A stretch of DNA of 64,000 bases from Pyrodictiaceae archaeon (GCA_027036135.1 JALVSY010000007.1:964880-1028879), one strand, 5' to 3'. Shown: positions 28,580-39,304, counted from the stretch's first letter. The notes: generated by a model from the letters alone, not told the origin. A program made the numbers and translations.

Positions 28580-31174
28580 TTATGCTGACGGCTCTTGTGA
28601 TGAATCGGTTCTCAACCGATCACTGCTGCCTCTAAGCTGTAGCGGTCTTACAAAGTATATTCCGCCCCTTAGCATCAACTCGTCCTTGCTAATGCCAACG
28701 GGCGACTCGGAATCCCTCCCATAATAATGCTTAAGAACCTTTCTTGCAATATCCTTTATTGTAACCATTACTGTGTATGGTCTTGTTCTGAGCTCGGATG
28801 CTACTTCCTCCCATGATTTTGCCTGCATCACCTTAGCTATGGACACGTATTCTTCTCGCTTAGTTAACGATAACCCCTTAGTTTTAGGATACGTGAGCCA
28901 ATATGCCTTCACGATTTCGTGGATTATGTCAGCAGCTGCCTCGTAGGTCATAGGGCCATAAGCATATATCCATAGTCTATCGAGCTGTATAGGTGTTAAC
29001 GCTGGATAATAGTTCTCAAGCACTGGTCTTCCCGTCTTTAGTATATGTATTGCGACATCGGTTTCTAGTCCTCGGTACGGGTCATGTAAGCTCTCGAGTA
29101 CTTTTCTCTTAAACTCGCGGTTAGCTATATCAACTATGTCCTTGAACCAGTCCTTGAGTGGCTTGATTACCAGTATTGTGTATTCGCCACTAACGGGGTT
29201 TCTATCAGGAGACATATGTATTGGTAGGAAGTCGTTCTTAGTCCAGAAGCGTAGAAGTTGTTCATTTACACCAAACCCGCTTCCTATCCAGTCCATGTCT
29301 TTCTCAGCAGCTTCCTCGGCTGCCTCTCTAAGCGCGAAGGAGCCTATGCCCCTACCCTGTACCTCGGGGTGCGTTGCTATTCTGACAATTCTCCAGCCTT
29401 TTGCCTTCCCGAATTCTCTTATCCTTATGTGCTTCAGAGCCCTATCAGGTATGATGTTTCCTGGGGTCTTGCCACCTCTCAGTAGTTCCTCTATTAGGTC
29501 ATCGTCTAGTCCTCCCTCCTGTGCTATTTGTAGGGCACATACTATTTTTCCTGAAGGGATCTTAACCGCCCTTATTATATGATGGGGTGCGTCAGCCAGT
29601 ATTCCTAGGTCGTCGGGCTCGTTGCGGTAATGTGCTAGTACATATATTCCGAAGAGTTGTCTGAGCTCCTTCTCGCCGTCGGGGCTAAAGAGGTATTCAG
29701 GGTCGTATTTTACGTAGCTAAATTCTTTTCTCTCTATTGATTCTAGGTCCTCTTTTGTTAGCTCAGCAGGCTCTGCGTCTAGGAGGAGTGCGTCAAAGAG
29801 CCACTTCTCTATCGGGTCGTCTTCGGCGTATCGTATTGGTTCGTGCATTTCGGCTAGTACGAGCTCGGTGTTGGGGTCTTCGCGTAGAGCGGAGAGGAAG
29901 CGTACTGAGAAGCCTCTGCCTGCTCCTTCATAGCCATGGATTGTTGTCGCGAATACGAGTTTCCTATGTGATCTCCATATCTTATGTAGTAATGGTACAT
30001 GAATGCCTGCGGCCTCGTCTACTAGTACTATATCGGCTTTAAGCCTTGGTACGTGAATGGGTTCCCAGTACTCTATGCTAAATCTTGGGCCATGAATCTC
30101 TAGTATATTATCTCCTCTCTTGACAATTCTTGTATCAATGTCTAGTTTTTCTGCGGCTTTTCTGGCAAGCGTGAAGAATGACTGAACATTGAGAAGGCTT
30201 GGTGCGGTCACTATTATTCTTGTACGTGGTCCTCTTTTGAGCCTGAGCGCCATACCTATGGATGCTATTCCCAGGGCGCAGGATTTTCCTCTACCTCTAT
30301 CCGATGTTATTACTATTGCTAGTCTTTTCTTCTTAGGCTTCTCGAGGACTTTTTCCAGCAATTTTATTACATTGACCTGGTCTTGGGTTAATGCTAACTC
30401 ATATAGTTCTCTTGGGAAGAGAGTTTTCTCTGGTATCTCTATTGTTTTCTCTTCGTGGCGCTTTATTGGGTAATCGTCTGCTTTTATCACTTCGTCCTCG
30501 TCGGCGTCGTAGATATAGATGCCTTTATGCTCTATTAATTTCCTCTTAAACCATGATATGAATATGTGTCGTGGCTCGTGGAAGCCTGGGACAACGAGGT
30601 TCTGTTTAAATATTGTTAGCCATTTGTCCCACTTGATCCAAGGCGGAACGGTAAATACTATTAGGCCTCCACCTTCAACAATGCCGACAAGTCTACCAAC
30701 ATCGTTTGGTTTAAGATCGTTTGTCAAATCCATTACTAGTATCTTAAACGTTGTCCCGAGGAAGCGTTCGCTCTCTTCATATCTTGCAATAGTTGATGAT
30801 ATAAGAGATGAATTGGTCTTTATGGTTCGCTTTACGACTTCTTTCCGAATCCTGGCATCCTTGAATTCGTCGTGGAATATGTATAGCAGTGGTAGTTCTT
30901 CTTTTCCCTTTATGCGTTTATAGACTCGTTCGTAGAATAGAAGTGTACGAGCTACTAGGATGCCTACCTTGAAGGGATTTGAGCCACTGATTACTAATAG
31001 TCTCCTATGCCTAGAGACTATTGCTCTCTCTATACCTTTGCTAAGCTTTCTAAGCATTCGGTTAAACGATGAGGGAACATAGTCGCGGAGTCTTTCCGCT
31101 ATTTTCTTCGCAATATCTTCTATGTCCTTCTTAGAGAGTTCATCGATATCAATGCTGGTTATGTCTATGCCCAT
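28580..31174 (-). CDS. tmcA: RNA cytidine acetyltransferase TmcA/Nat10 (ac4C writer)
   Basis: DRGRGKS, DEAA, TTIHGYEGAGRGF, EPIRY, AHYRNEPDDL and RIATHP..QGRGIGS motifs. Confidence 0.96.
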   Translation of the reverse strand: MGIDITSIDIDELSKKDIEDIAKKIAERLRDYVPSSFNRMLRKLSKGIERAIVSRHRRLLVISGSNPFKVGILVARTLLFYERVYKRIKGKEELPLLYIFHDEFKDARIRKEVVKRTIKTNSSLISSTIARYEESERFLGTTFKILVMDLTNDLKPNDVGRLVGIVEGGGLIVFTVPPWIKWDKWLTIFKQNLVVPGFHEPRHIFISWFKRKLIEHKGIYIYDADEDEVIKADDYPIKRHEEKTIEIPEKTLFPRELYELALTQDQVNVIKLLEKVLEKPKKKRLAIVITSDRGRGKSCALGIASIGMALRLKRGPRTRIIVTAPSLLNVQSFFTLARKAAEKLDIDTRIVKRGDNILEIHGPRFSIEYWEPIHVPRLKADIVLVDEAAGIHVPLLHKIWRSHRKLVFATTIHGYEGAGRGFSVRFLSALREDPNTELVLAEMHEPIRYAEDDPIEKWLFDALLLDAEPAELTKEDLESIERKEFSYVKYDPEYLFSPDGEKELRQLFGIYVLAHYRNEPDDLGILADAPHHIIRAVKIPSGKIVCALQIAQEGGLDDDLIEELLRGGKTPGNIIPDRALKHIRIREFGKAKGWRIVRIATHPEVQGRGIGSFALREAAEEAAEKDMDWIGSGFGVNEQLLRFWTKNDFLPIHMSPDRNPVSGEYTILVIKPLKDWFKDIVDIANREFKRKVLESLHDPYRGLETDVAIHILKTGRPVLENYYPALTPIQLDRLWIYAYGPMTYEAAADIIHEIVKAYWLTYPKTKGLSLTKREEYVSIAKVMQAKSWEEVASELRTRPYTVMVTIKDIARKVLKHYYGRDSESPVGISKDELMLRGGIYFVRPLQLRGSSDRLRTDSSQEPSA

Positions 31175-31313
31175 TTATAGGACACCTTCCAAGGACGTGT
31201 CCTCATAATTGTGATGCATGCTCGTTGCCTAGTACTTAGTCCTATTACGCTTTAGGAATGAGGTCTAACATAAGGCTTTGGTTGTTTAGTTAGGGTAATG
31301 ACAAAGTCTTTAT

Positions 31314-32615
31314 TCAAATCTGCTTTTGCTCAAAAATATTACTTAGTTTTTCTACTTTCTTTAGCCTATCGAGCTGAACGACGACTTGCTTCCTACTTTC
31401 TAAGTTCTTTATTGTTACTTTGTTTTCTTTGGCCTCTTTCTCACCTACTATTATGGCGTATCTTGTTCCTTTCTCGTATATTTTTTGCAAAGTCTTTGAT
31501 ATGCGAGATGAAGTTGTTATATCCGTTACTACGTGTTTGCTTGTCAAGAGTTGCTGAAGCTTTATAGCATAGGAAGTGTATTTCTCATCTATTAGAACTA
31601 TTGTGGCTTTTTCTCTCCTCTCTATCCCTAGGTTTATGCCTTTTTCCTTTAGTGCTGCTAATGTCCTATCTAGTCCTATTGCGAAGCCTACGCCAGGTAC
31701 GTGCTCGTCTCCATATATTTCTATTAGGTTATCGTATCTTCCTCCTCCTGCTATGCTGACAGGAAAGCCTGGAACTTTCACTTCAAATATTATACCTGTG
31801 TAGTAAGCGAGTCCTCGTGCGAACGATATGTCTGGTTCTAGTGCGAGATTGGGGTAAATATCGCGTATTATATTGGTTATTTCGATTAAGTATTCGGCTT
31901 GTTTCTCTGCCTCCTTGTTTATTGTGGATAGTATCTTTGCTGCTTCCTCTATTGTATTAGTAGTCCAGAGTTCTTGTAGCTTGTTTGCAAGTTCATTAAA
32001 GCCTCTTTGTTCTAGATGACTTAGGGCTTCATCGTACATTGACTTATCCATTAGGTGTAGTATGTGGTCTTGCTCTTCGTCTGCTAGGCCAAAGTGCTTA
32101 AACATGCTTCTATAAATCCCTATGTTTCCTATTTTAAGGACTATCTTGTCCAGCATTTTTATCTTTTCATAGTAGTTTATGAGAAGGTTTATTGTCTCTA
32201 TATCAGCTACTTTCCCCTCGGCGCCAAGTAGTTCTATTCCTGCCTGCCAGAACTCTCTATACCTTGCTCTCTGAGGCTCTTCGTAACGGAAGCAATTCAC
32301 TATATAATACAGTCGTAGTGGTTTTGGCTTTGCCCTTAAGTGTTTTAAGTATATGCGTGCTATGCTAGCAGTAGCCTCAGGGCGTAGAGCTACCTCGCGG
32401 CCAGCCTTGTCTCTGAAGACGAACATCGACCTTCTGATCTCTTCCCCTGATTTTATCGCGAATAACTCAAATCTTTCAAGTGTTGGCGGTATGACCTCCT
32501 CATAGCCATAGCTCTCTACGAGTTCCCTAAATAAGCTCATTAAGTGACGAAGCGTAGTCGAATCTGGTGCCAGTATATCTCTAAAGCCTCTTAGAGGCTC
32601 TAGCGGGATTTTCAT
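31314..32615 (-). CDS. hisS: Histidyl-tRNA synthetase
   Basis: LRPEATASIAR, FRYEEPQ..RYREFWQ, RGLAYYTG and GGGRYD motifs. Confidence 0.97.
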   Translation of the reverse strand: MKIPLEPLRGFRDILAPDSTTLRHLMSLFRELVESYGYEEVIPPTLERFELFAIKSGEEIRRSMFVFRDKAGREVALRPEATASIARIYLKHLRAKPKPLRLYYIVNCFRYEEPQRARYREFWQAGIELLGAEGKVADIETINLLINYYEKIKMLDKIVLKIGNIGIYRSMFKHFGLADEEQDHILHLMDKSMYDEALSHLEQRGFNELANKLQELWTTNTIEEAAKILSTINKEAEKQAEYLIEITNIIRDIYPNLALEPDISFARGLAYYTGIIFEVKVPGFPVSIAGGGRYDNLIEIYGDEHVPGVGFAIGLDRTLAALKEKGINLGIERREKATIVLIDEKYTSYAIKLQQLLTSKHVVTDITTSSRISKTLQKIYEKGTRYAIIVGEKEAKENKVTIKNLESRKQVVVQLDRLKKVEKLSNIFEQKQI

Positions 32616-33160
32616 AACTTGTTCTCCGCTTCCGTGAGCCTCGTCTCGCCAGGTCTAAATAGTAACGCTTCATAATAGGTTAAGTCACCGTACCTATCTA
32701 CTATTGCTAGTATGGGTTCCCAGCTATTGCTAAATGCCTCTCGTATAAATGAGTAAAGGGTTTCAAGGCTGATGGGCCGGTTCTCTTCTAGTACCAGCAC
32801 ATAGTGGGTATATTTTTGCTCCATTTTCCTTCGGCGTAGGAGGAATGTATGTGGACGAGGACCCGGTATGGGGTGGCGTCCCCGCTTTTTTAGGTCAAGA
32901 TATGTTTCGAACTCTACCCATGCGTAGGGATTATCGATACTATATAGCCTCATGAGTTCCTCGAAACTGATAGGTTCCCCCTCTCTGTTAAATGCATTAG
33001 CTATCCCACGGTATATGAGGTAAAGTGCTTCTATGACGTGGATCTTGTTATTATTAAGCGGTCCTAGTATTTTAGTAACCTCTTCTACTCCTTGCACTAT
33101 AGTTATACTCCATGGTAGCGACTCGATACGCAATACTACGCTTCTTTGCGTGGCCTCCAA
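32612..33160 (-). CDS. tRNA splicing endonuclease subunit, probably the structural (beta) subunit
   Basis: IEALYL...YLDLKKRG...AIVDRYGDLTYYE; lacks the GxKxGxDFxxY catalytic segment. Confidence 0.75.
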   Translation of the reverse strand: MEATQRSVVLRIESLPWSITIVQGVEEVTKILGPLNNNKIHVIEALYLIYRGIANAFNREGEPISFEELMRLYSIDNPYAWVEFETYLDLKKRGRHPIPGPRPHTFLLRRRKMEQKYTHYVLVLEENRPISLETLYSFIREAFSNSWEPILAIVDRYGDLTYYEALLFRPGETRLTEAENKL

Positions 33161-33212
33161 TCAGTAGCCCTCATTAAGCTCTTTTATTCTTCCCTCTTTT
33201 GTTCTTGTCTCC

Positions 33213-34295
33213 TTGGTGGAGTTTTTGTCTGTACTCGAGAAGCTCCGAATAAAGCCTATGGAATGGGTAGAGGATTCTGAAGGCCCTCGTTTTCGATGGC
33301 TAGATACAAGGCTTATTCCTTGGGAAGAAGTCTATAGGGAGACAACAGACTATGAGCGTGTTGCAAGGGCAATAAAAGAGATGGAGATTCGTGGGGCCCC
33401 GGCCATAGGGATAGCAGCAGGCTACGGTATGGCTCTAGCAGCTTACTACTCTAACACAAATGATGTAAACGAACTATTAGCTCATCTCGAGAAGGCCAAG
33501 AAGGTTCTAGCTGCTACTAGGCCAACAGCCTATAACCTCTTCTGGGCTCTTGATAGGGTTATGAAGAAGGCCAAGGATTCTCTAGGTAAAGGTGTTGACG
33601 CTATTATTCGAGCCGTTGTCGAGGAGGCCAAGCGCATCCATGAGGAGGATGTACGCCAGAACATGGAAATGGGTAAGATAGGTTCTAAACTAATAGATGA
33701 TGGCGATGTTGTTCTCACGCATTGTAATACTGGTGCATTGGCTACTGGAGGGTATGGCACTGCTCTAGGCGTTATAAGAGCTGCTGTCGAAGAGGGTAAG
33801 CGTATAAGAGTTATAGCGACTGAAACACGTCCTCTCCTCCAAGGCGCGAGACTAACCATATGGGAACTAGTTAAGGAAGGTATAGATGCAACACTAATAA
33901 CCGATAACATGGTTGGTTATGTTATGTATAAAGGACTTGTCAATAAAGTCTTTGTCGGTGCTGATAGGATAACTCTTGACGGCTATGTAGCTAATAAGAT
34001 AGGAACGTATATGATAGCAACAATGGCGTCAAGGCATCGTATACCATTCTATGTTGTTGCACCTTCATCGACTTTCGATCTAGGCTTAGAGGGCGACGCG
34101 ATTTCAATAGAAGAGCGCTCTCCCGATGAAGTTAGAACAGTGTTAGGTAAGGTACTGATTACTGTTCCAAGTATTAACGTTATTAATCCTGCTTTCGATA
34201 TTACCCCGCCTAATCTAGTGACTGCTCTTGTAACGGAGCGTGGTATTATAACGCCGCCCTATAGAGAAAATATTAAACGAGTATTATCAAGATAG
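33213..34295 (+). CDS. mtnA: Methylthioribose-1-phosphate isomerase
   Basis: IRGAPAIG, TRPTA.NL, LTHCNTGALAT, ETRPLLQGARLT and NKIGTY motifs. Confidence 0.95.
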   Translation: MVEFLSVLEKLRIKPMEWVEDSEGPRFRWLDTRLIPWEEVYRETTDYERVARAIKEMEIRGAPAIGIAAGYGMALAAYYSNTNDVNELLAHLEKAKKVLAATRPTAYNLFWALDRVMKKAKDSLGKGVDAIIRAVVEEAKRIHEEDVRQNMEMGKIGSKLIDDGDVVLTHCNTGALATGGYGTALGVIRAAVEEGKRIRVIATETRPLLQGARLTIWELVKEGIDATLITDNMVGYVMYKGLVNKVFVGADRITLDGYVANKIGTYMIATMASRHRIPFYVVAPSSTFDLGLEGDAISIEERSPDEVRTVLGKVLITVPSINVINPAFDITPPNLVTALVTERGIITPPYRENIKRVLSR

Positions 34296-34312
34296 GCAAT
34301 GTTTTCTCTAAA

Positions 34313-35602
34313 TTAGAATATTTTTGTATATAATATAGTTGTTATGTATAGTATCAATGGGGTAGCGAAATTAGCGGTAAATAATCGTTTAAAGATAGTG
34401 TAACCTATGGTCATGCTTGCTATGCTGCTGCTTAGTGAAACCACTAATGAGGCATAACTGGTTGCGTTCTTGCTCATAGGTATTCCATAGAAAAGACCCA
34501 ATGGAGAAATAGTAGCTCCTAATAATGATGATATGTATCTAAACACTAAGAGAAGCACCATTATGCTTCCAGCTAGTAGGCTTAGCTGCACTATGCCACT
34601 CATTATTATTTTCCTTACAGCCTTGTATATATTATCTATAATGCTATGCATTAATCTTATTGAGAGAACGGCTTCTCTACCACTTCTCATAACTGAGACC
34701 AATGTTTCGGAAACAATAAGCATAAGTTTATCGTTCCTAGCTTCATTACGTGTTAATGGGACGCCCTTAAGTACGGAGATTATTTCTCGTGGAACCCTAG
34801 GATCTCTTGTGAGCATTCTAATTATCCCTGTATTAGCAGTTGATATCGATAGTAGCTCTGTTAATAGTCGCAGTGTGTAAAGTATGTCCTCTATCTTTTT
34901 CATCAATTTTGCTATATTCATATACGACTTTACCACTGCTATAAGTGAGACCGTGAAACCTATTGATGATATGTAGAAATTTTTTAAATAGAGCCCTATA
35001 ATAAGCAATAGTATAGATATAATGTATGAAACTGCTATTACATTACTATTACTATTTTGGAAATATATATCTAAATACTCTATTTTAGTGAATGGGATAA
35101 GAATTATTGATAATAGTGATACCAATATAAGTAATAATGAAAATGAGACAGTATTGCTAAAGCCGGCTAAGAGAACAACAATAGAGAAAAGAGATATCAA
35201 TAGTACAATTAATTCTATCCATTGAACGAGTATAGACATTTTATTTGATATGCGTTGTTTTAATTCCGCAAGGACACGTAGAGCGAACTCATCTAATGTA
35301 CCTAGGTCAATACCTTTTGATAGATATATCATAACGTATTCGTGGATTAGACGTGTAAGAAACGGCTCATTTATTAAGTCAGCTATTTTCCCTAGTACTG
35401 TTATATCATTTATATATATTTTCTCCATTTTCTTATATATTTGAGATACTTTCTTATATTCTCTTAGGTACTCTGATAAGTTATTTATTTTAGATAATAT
35501 TGTATGTGGGCTACGCTTAGCTAGAGCGTAAGGTATCGAGGATAGTATAAGTATTGGTGTTTCTGCAAGTAGTTTTTCTTTGTTAATCTTATTTATTTTC
35601 AT
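34313..35602 (-). CDS. Polytopic membrane protein, putative TadC/ArlJ-like pilus platform
   Basis: Several hydrophobic segments; overlaps the secretion ATPase gene; AT-rich. Confidence 0.7.
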   Translation of the reverse strand: MKINKINKEKLLAETPILILSSIPYALAKRSPHTILSKINNLSEYLREYKKVSQIYKKMEKIYINDITVLGKIADLINEPFLTRLIHEYVMIYLSKGIDLGTLDEFALRVLAELKQRISNKMSILVQWIELIVLLISLFSIVVLLAGFSNTVSFSLLLILVSLLSIILIPFTKIEYLDIYFQNSNSNVIAVSYIISILLLIIGLYLKNFYISSIGFTVSLIAVVKSYMNIAKLMKKIEDILYTLRLLTELLSISTANTGIIRMLTRDPRVPREIISVLKGVPLTRNEARNDKLMLIVSETLVSVMRSGREAVLSIRLMHSIIDNIYKAVRKIIMSGIVQLSLLAGSIMVLLLVFRYISSLLGATISPLGLFYGIPMSKNATSYASLVVSLSSSIASMTIGYTIFKRLFTANFATPLILYITTILYTKIF

Positions 35603-37139
35603 TATTAATCACCTTAATTTGTTTTTCGTTATAGTATTTTCTTATAGTGTTTATAAACGTTGTATATTGACATTTTATACATTTTTCAATAATATCTTTT
35701 AATTCAATTATATCATGAATTATTTCATTTTTACTAATATATAACATTTTACTAATTGTATCTAATCTATAACTTTTGTTTACTAATTCCTCAACGGAGT
35801 CAGGAAGAAGTTTATCAACCTCCTTATTCCATTCAGCTATCTTTAGCAATTCTATTCTATCGCTAGCAGGTTTAATCTCATAGAGTTCAACCACTCTTCT
35901 CGTATATGTACCATCTTGGTTTTTTACCCGCTTGAGTACAACTATGCTCCATATGAGTTGGAGAAAGCTCTCACCAATATTTATTGGAGCTGCTTTCAAG
36001 CGCTGAATGACTGATAAGGCGCTATCGGCGTGAAATGTTGTTAATGCCCCATGCCCGCTTGCTGCTGCGTGAATCAGTGTTCTTGCTTCCTCGCCCCGAA
36101 CTTCTCCTATTACAAAGTAATCAGGTCTTCGGCGAAGGGCAAACTTTGTGAGATCAAGTAAGTTAATGCTTTCTCCGCTATTAGTTTCAGAGATTATTCT
36201 TGTAACTAGGCTGTCCCAGTTATCGTGGTATCTCAGATTTATTTCCGGCGTATCTTCTATTGTCACTACTCTATCAGTTGGAGGTATTAGCATTAGTAGT
36301 GCTTGGAGCAGAGTCGTTTTTCCCGAAGCCGTTGGTCCTGCTATGATGACGGTTGCCCTTAGTCTTAGCAGCAGCCATAGGTAAGCCATATAAAGGGATG
36401 ATATCAGCTTGTTCCTTACTAAATCGCTAGGTGTAAGGGGTTCCTCTAAATGCTTCCTAATAACTAGTGACGTTCCGAACCTAGTTATTTCGTTTGAAAA
36501 AGTAGCTGCAATACGATTCCCATCTGGTAGTGGCGCCTCAATATAAGGATGAGCTATGCTTAGCTCCTTCCCAGCTATACGGGAAAGCCTAATAACTATA
36601 TCATCAAGATCCTTGTCATCGAGGAACACGTTTGTTTTAATCCAGGTATAGTTATAGAGTCTGTGAAATATGAGTGCATAAGAACCTGGTTTATTAACCA
36701 CTATTTCCTCTATATACTCGTCCCTAGTCAGTGGATAAATTTTGCCATAACCGCTCAAAACTTTGTTTAAGAAATAGACTATCTTAGTCACATTTGATGA
36801 TAATAAGCGATAATCTAATTGATACTTTGAGCTTAGTTCTTTGAGTCTTTTAGGGTTATATATCTCGGATAAGTCTATATTTGTTGAAAAAATGATGTCT
36901 ATGAGTTTGGTTACTTCTTCGATTAATCGTTCATTCTTATCCATTTCGGGCTCGTCGATGCAATATAAGAGTTCGTCTTTATCATTTATTCCAATTGTTA
37001 CCTCAACTAGACCACTTGTTGTGTATTTCTTTAAGATTTTATTTATTTTTTCATTACATTTAGTTGCTTGGAAAACTTTTTGTACGTGTAGTTTTTCATA
37101 CATATTTGTATCCCTTCGCGGATAATGTGCCCTAGTCAT
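35589..37139 (-). CDS. Type IV pilus/secretion ATPase (VirB11/CpaF/ArlI family)
   Basis: GPTASGKTT, TIEDTPE, ALRRRPD..VIGEVRG.EA and GHG.LTTFHA motifs. Confidence 0.95.
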   Translation of the reverse strand: MTRAHYPRRDTNMYEKLHVQKVFQATKCNEKINKILKKYTTSGLVEVTIGINDKDELLYCIDEPEMDKNERLIEEVTKLIDIIFSTNIDLSEIYNPKRLKELSSKYQLDYRLLSSNVTKIVYFLNKVLSGYGKIYPLTRDEYIEEIVVNKPGSYALIFHRLYNYTWIKTNVFLDDKDLDDIVIRLSRIAGKELSIAHPYIEAPLPDGNRIAATFSNEITRFGTSLVIRKHLEEPLTPSDLVRNKLISSLYMAYLWLLLRLRATVIIAGPTASGKTTLLQALLMLIPPTDRVVTIEDTPEINLRYHDNWDSLVTRIISETNSGESINLLDLTKFALRRRPDYFVIGEVRGEEARTLIHAAASGHGALTTFHADSALSVIQRLKAAPINIGESFLQLIWSIVVLKRVKNQDGTYTRRVVELYEIKPASDRIELLKIAEWNKEVDKLLPDSVEELVNKSYRLDTISKMLYISKNEIIHDIIELKDIIEKCIKCQYTTFINTIRKYYNEKQIKVINNENK

Positions 37140-37534
37140 GCTATCTCTATCGGACTTGTTGAGAATGTCTTCCCCGTAGAGTCTTTGTAGTTAAGTACTA
37201 TGTAGATCGGTGTGCATGTCTCGTTAGTGAGGGGCAAGGATAGTGTCTTTGATTGTCCTACGCCTATAGTTGTTGTAGTGTTTATTGTCAGCTCTGTATT
37301 ATTTTTGCAAATTATGTTAGCAGATTGTATAGTTATGGTTTTTGGCCCTGAGTTATAAATTGTCACAAATATTCTTTTTATAGAGTCCATGTATTGTGCG
37401 TTATTGACGTATACCATGGGTTTTGTGGTCATGCCCTTAACTGTTCCTATGAAGTACTGATAAACTATTATTCCGGCAGCTACGGTAGCCATTATCAATA
37501 TGACTGCTGACAATATGGGAGAGAGGGCTCTCAT
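37136..37534 (-). CDS. Archaeal type IV pilin with class III signal peptide
   Basis: MRA|LSPILSAVILIMATVAAGIIVY; Asn/Thr-rich beta domain with two Cys and N-glycosylation sequons (NNT, NTT, NET). Confidence 0.88.
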   Translation of the reverse strand: MRALSPILSAVILIMATVAAGIIVYQYFIGTVKGMTTKPMVYVNNAQYMDSIKRIFVTIYNSGPKTITIQSANIICKNNTELTINTTTTIGVGQSKTLSLPLTNETCTPIYIVLNYKDSTGKTFSTSPIEIA

Positions 37535-37693
37535 ACTCTTTTCACCGTTATTCTTAGTTTTTATGTTAAGATGTAGAAACATAATTGATAATGATAACAT
37601 ATTTAACCTTAGAAACTGTTTCGGCAGGTTGATATCCATGTATGTTACTAGTTTTAAGGGAATAATTGCTAGAAAGGATGAGCAGGGGGCTGT

Positions 37694-39289
37694 ATGAGCA
37701 AGGTGCAGGAGCCGCTAAGAGAAAAATACCGCAGTATGACGCCATCTCAGTTCTTCTACGAGCATAGAGAGCTTGCAGGCTTTGGCAGTCCTTCTCGTGC
37801 TCTCTACCAAACTATCCGCGAGCTCGTAGAAAACGCGCTTGACGCAACCGATGTCTATGGTATTATGCCCCGCATAGTGATAGTTGTAGAGAAGCTCGAG
37901 GAGCGCCAGGATTTCTATCGCATAACCGTTGAGGATAACGGTATTGGCATTAACCCCAAGTATGTCCCACAAGCTTTTGGCCAGGTTCTCTTCAGCTCTA
38001 AGTATAAACTAAGACAGGCTAGGGGGCGATTCGGTCTAGGCGCAAAAATGGCCATACTCTATGGCCAGATTAAGACGGGAAAACCTGTCGAGGTATATAC
38101 CTCTCCTATAGGATTTACAAAGATATATTATTATAAGCTAAAGATAGATATCGAGCGCAATAAACCGATCATACTAAGTTACGCGGAACACGATAATAAG
38201 ACTCTATGGCATGGAACACGCATAAGTGTTGTCATAGAGGGGGATTGGTCAAGAGCGAGAAGCCGAGTATACGAGTACATAAAACGCACCGCAATAGCTA
38301 CACCATACGCCGATATAGTATTCATAGACCCCGAAGGCAATATGATAACCTATTGGCATAGTATAGAAAAACTACCACGCCCACCAAAAGAGGTAAAACC
38401 CCACCCTCACGGCGTTGATATCGAGCAGTTAAAGAGACTCATACGTGATGTAAAAGCAAAAACACTCATAGAGTTCCTTGTCTCCGCGTTCCAGGGCGTA
38501 GGCAAGAGGTCAGCGGAGGCTTTCCTAAAATGGGCAGGTCTTGACCCAGGTCTGGACCCTCATAGGCTGAATGATTCTCTACTAGGTGAGTTAGCACGCA
38601 AGCTCAGAGAGTACCCGAAGTTCCGGCCGCCATCAGCTGAGTCGCTATCACCTTTTGGGCCGGAGATAATAGAGGCTGGTCTAAGAGCGATACTGCACCC
38701 AGAGTTCGTTGTAGCTGTCTCGCGTAGGCCAAAGGCCTATGAGGGGCATCCATTCATAATTGAGGTCGGGATAGCCTATGGTGGAGAGATTCCTCTTTCC
38801 AATGAACCTATACTGTTAAGATATGCTAATAAGATACCCTTACTCTATGATGAGAAATCCGATGTAGCTTGGAAGGTTATTGATCCTCGAAGCTTTAATT
38901 GGAAAGACTACATGGTGGTTTTTCCAGCACCAGTAGCGGTGCTAACACATATAGCTAGCACAAAGGTACCTTATAAGGGAGTAGGTAAGGAAAGTGTAGC
39001 AGATGTACCCGAGATAGAACATGAGTTGCGTAACGCGCTCCGAGAAGCAGCAAGAAAGCTGCGACTCTACCTCTTACAAAAGAAGAGAGAAGAGGAGGCA
39101 AAGAGAAGAGTTATCACATTCGTAAAATACACGCCAGAGGTAGCTAAGGGGCTAGCAACTATACTCGGTGATATAGACGAGAAAACAGTGCAAGAAATGC
39201 TCCTTAGTGCAATGAAGCGCCGTCTAAGACTCGATGACGAGGAGTTCGCAAAACTAGTACAAGGGCTAGAGATAAGTATAGAAGAGTAA
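37694..39289 (+). CDS. top6B: DNA topoisomerase VI subunit B
   Basis: ELVENALDA, DNGIG, QARGRFGLG, KPHPHG and RYANKIPLLYD motifs. Confidence 0.97.
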   Translation: MSKVQEPLREKYRSMTPSQFFYEHRELAGFGSPSRALYQTIRELVENALDATDVYGIMPRIVIVVEKLEERQDFYRITVEDNGIGINPKYVPQAFGQVLFSSKYKLRQARGRFGLGAKMAILYGQIKTGKPVEVYTSPIGFTKIYYYKLKIDIERNKPIILSYAEHDNKTLWHGTRISVVIEGDWSRARSRVYEYIKRTAIATPYADIVFIDPEGNMITYWHSIEKLPRPPKEVKPHPHGVDIEQLKRLIRDVKAKTLIEFLVSAFQGVGKRSAEAFLKWAGLDPGLDPHRLNDSLLGELARKLREYPKFRPPSAESLSPFGPEIIEAGLRAILHPEFVVAVSRRPKAYEGHPFIIEVGIAYGGEIPLSNEPILLRYANKIPLLYDEKSDVAWKVIDPRSFNWKDYMVVFPAPVAVLTHIASTKVPYKGVGKESVADVPEIEHELRNALREAARKLRLYLLQKKREEEAKRRVITFVKYTPEVAKGLATILGDIDEKTVQEMLLSAMKRRLRLDDEEFAKLVQGLEISIEE

Positions 39290-39304
39290 GAGGGGTGAGC
39301 AGTA

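Noticed and set aside
31210-31280. C/D sRNA with GCTCGTTGCC (complementary to 16S GGCAACGAGC)
   Set aside because: The C box is degenerate (GTGATGC), and there is no credible D box or terminal stem; possibly a relic but not supportable
37535-37639. 35-aa N-terminal extension of the pilin in the ORF track
   Set aside because: A class III signal with GGTGA SD fits ATG 37534; the extension overlaps the AT-rich divergent promoter region
34313-37650. Integrated mobile element
   Set aside because: No integrase, transposase, att repeats or tRNA target seen; only compositional bias
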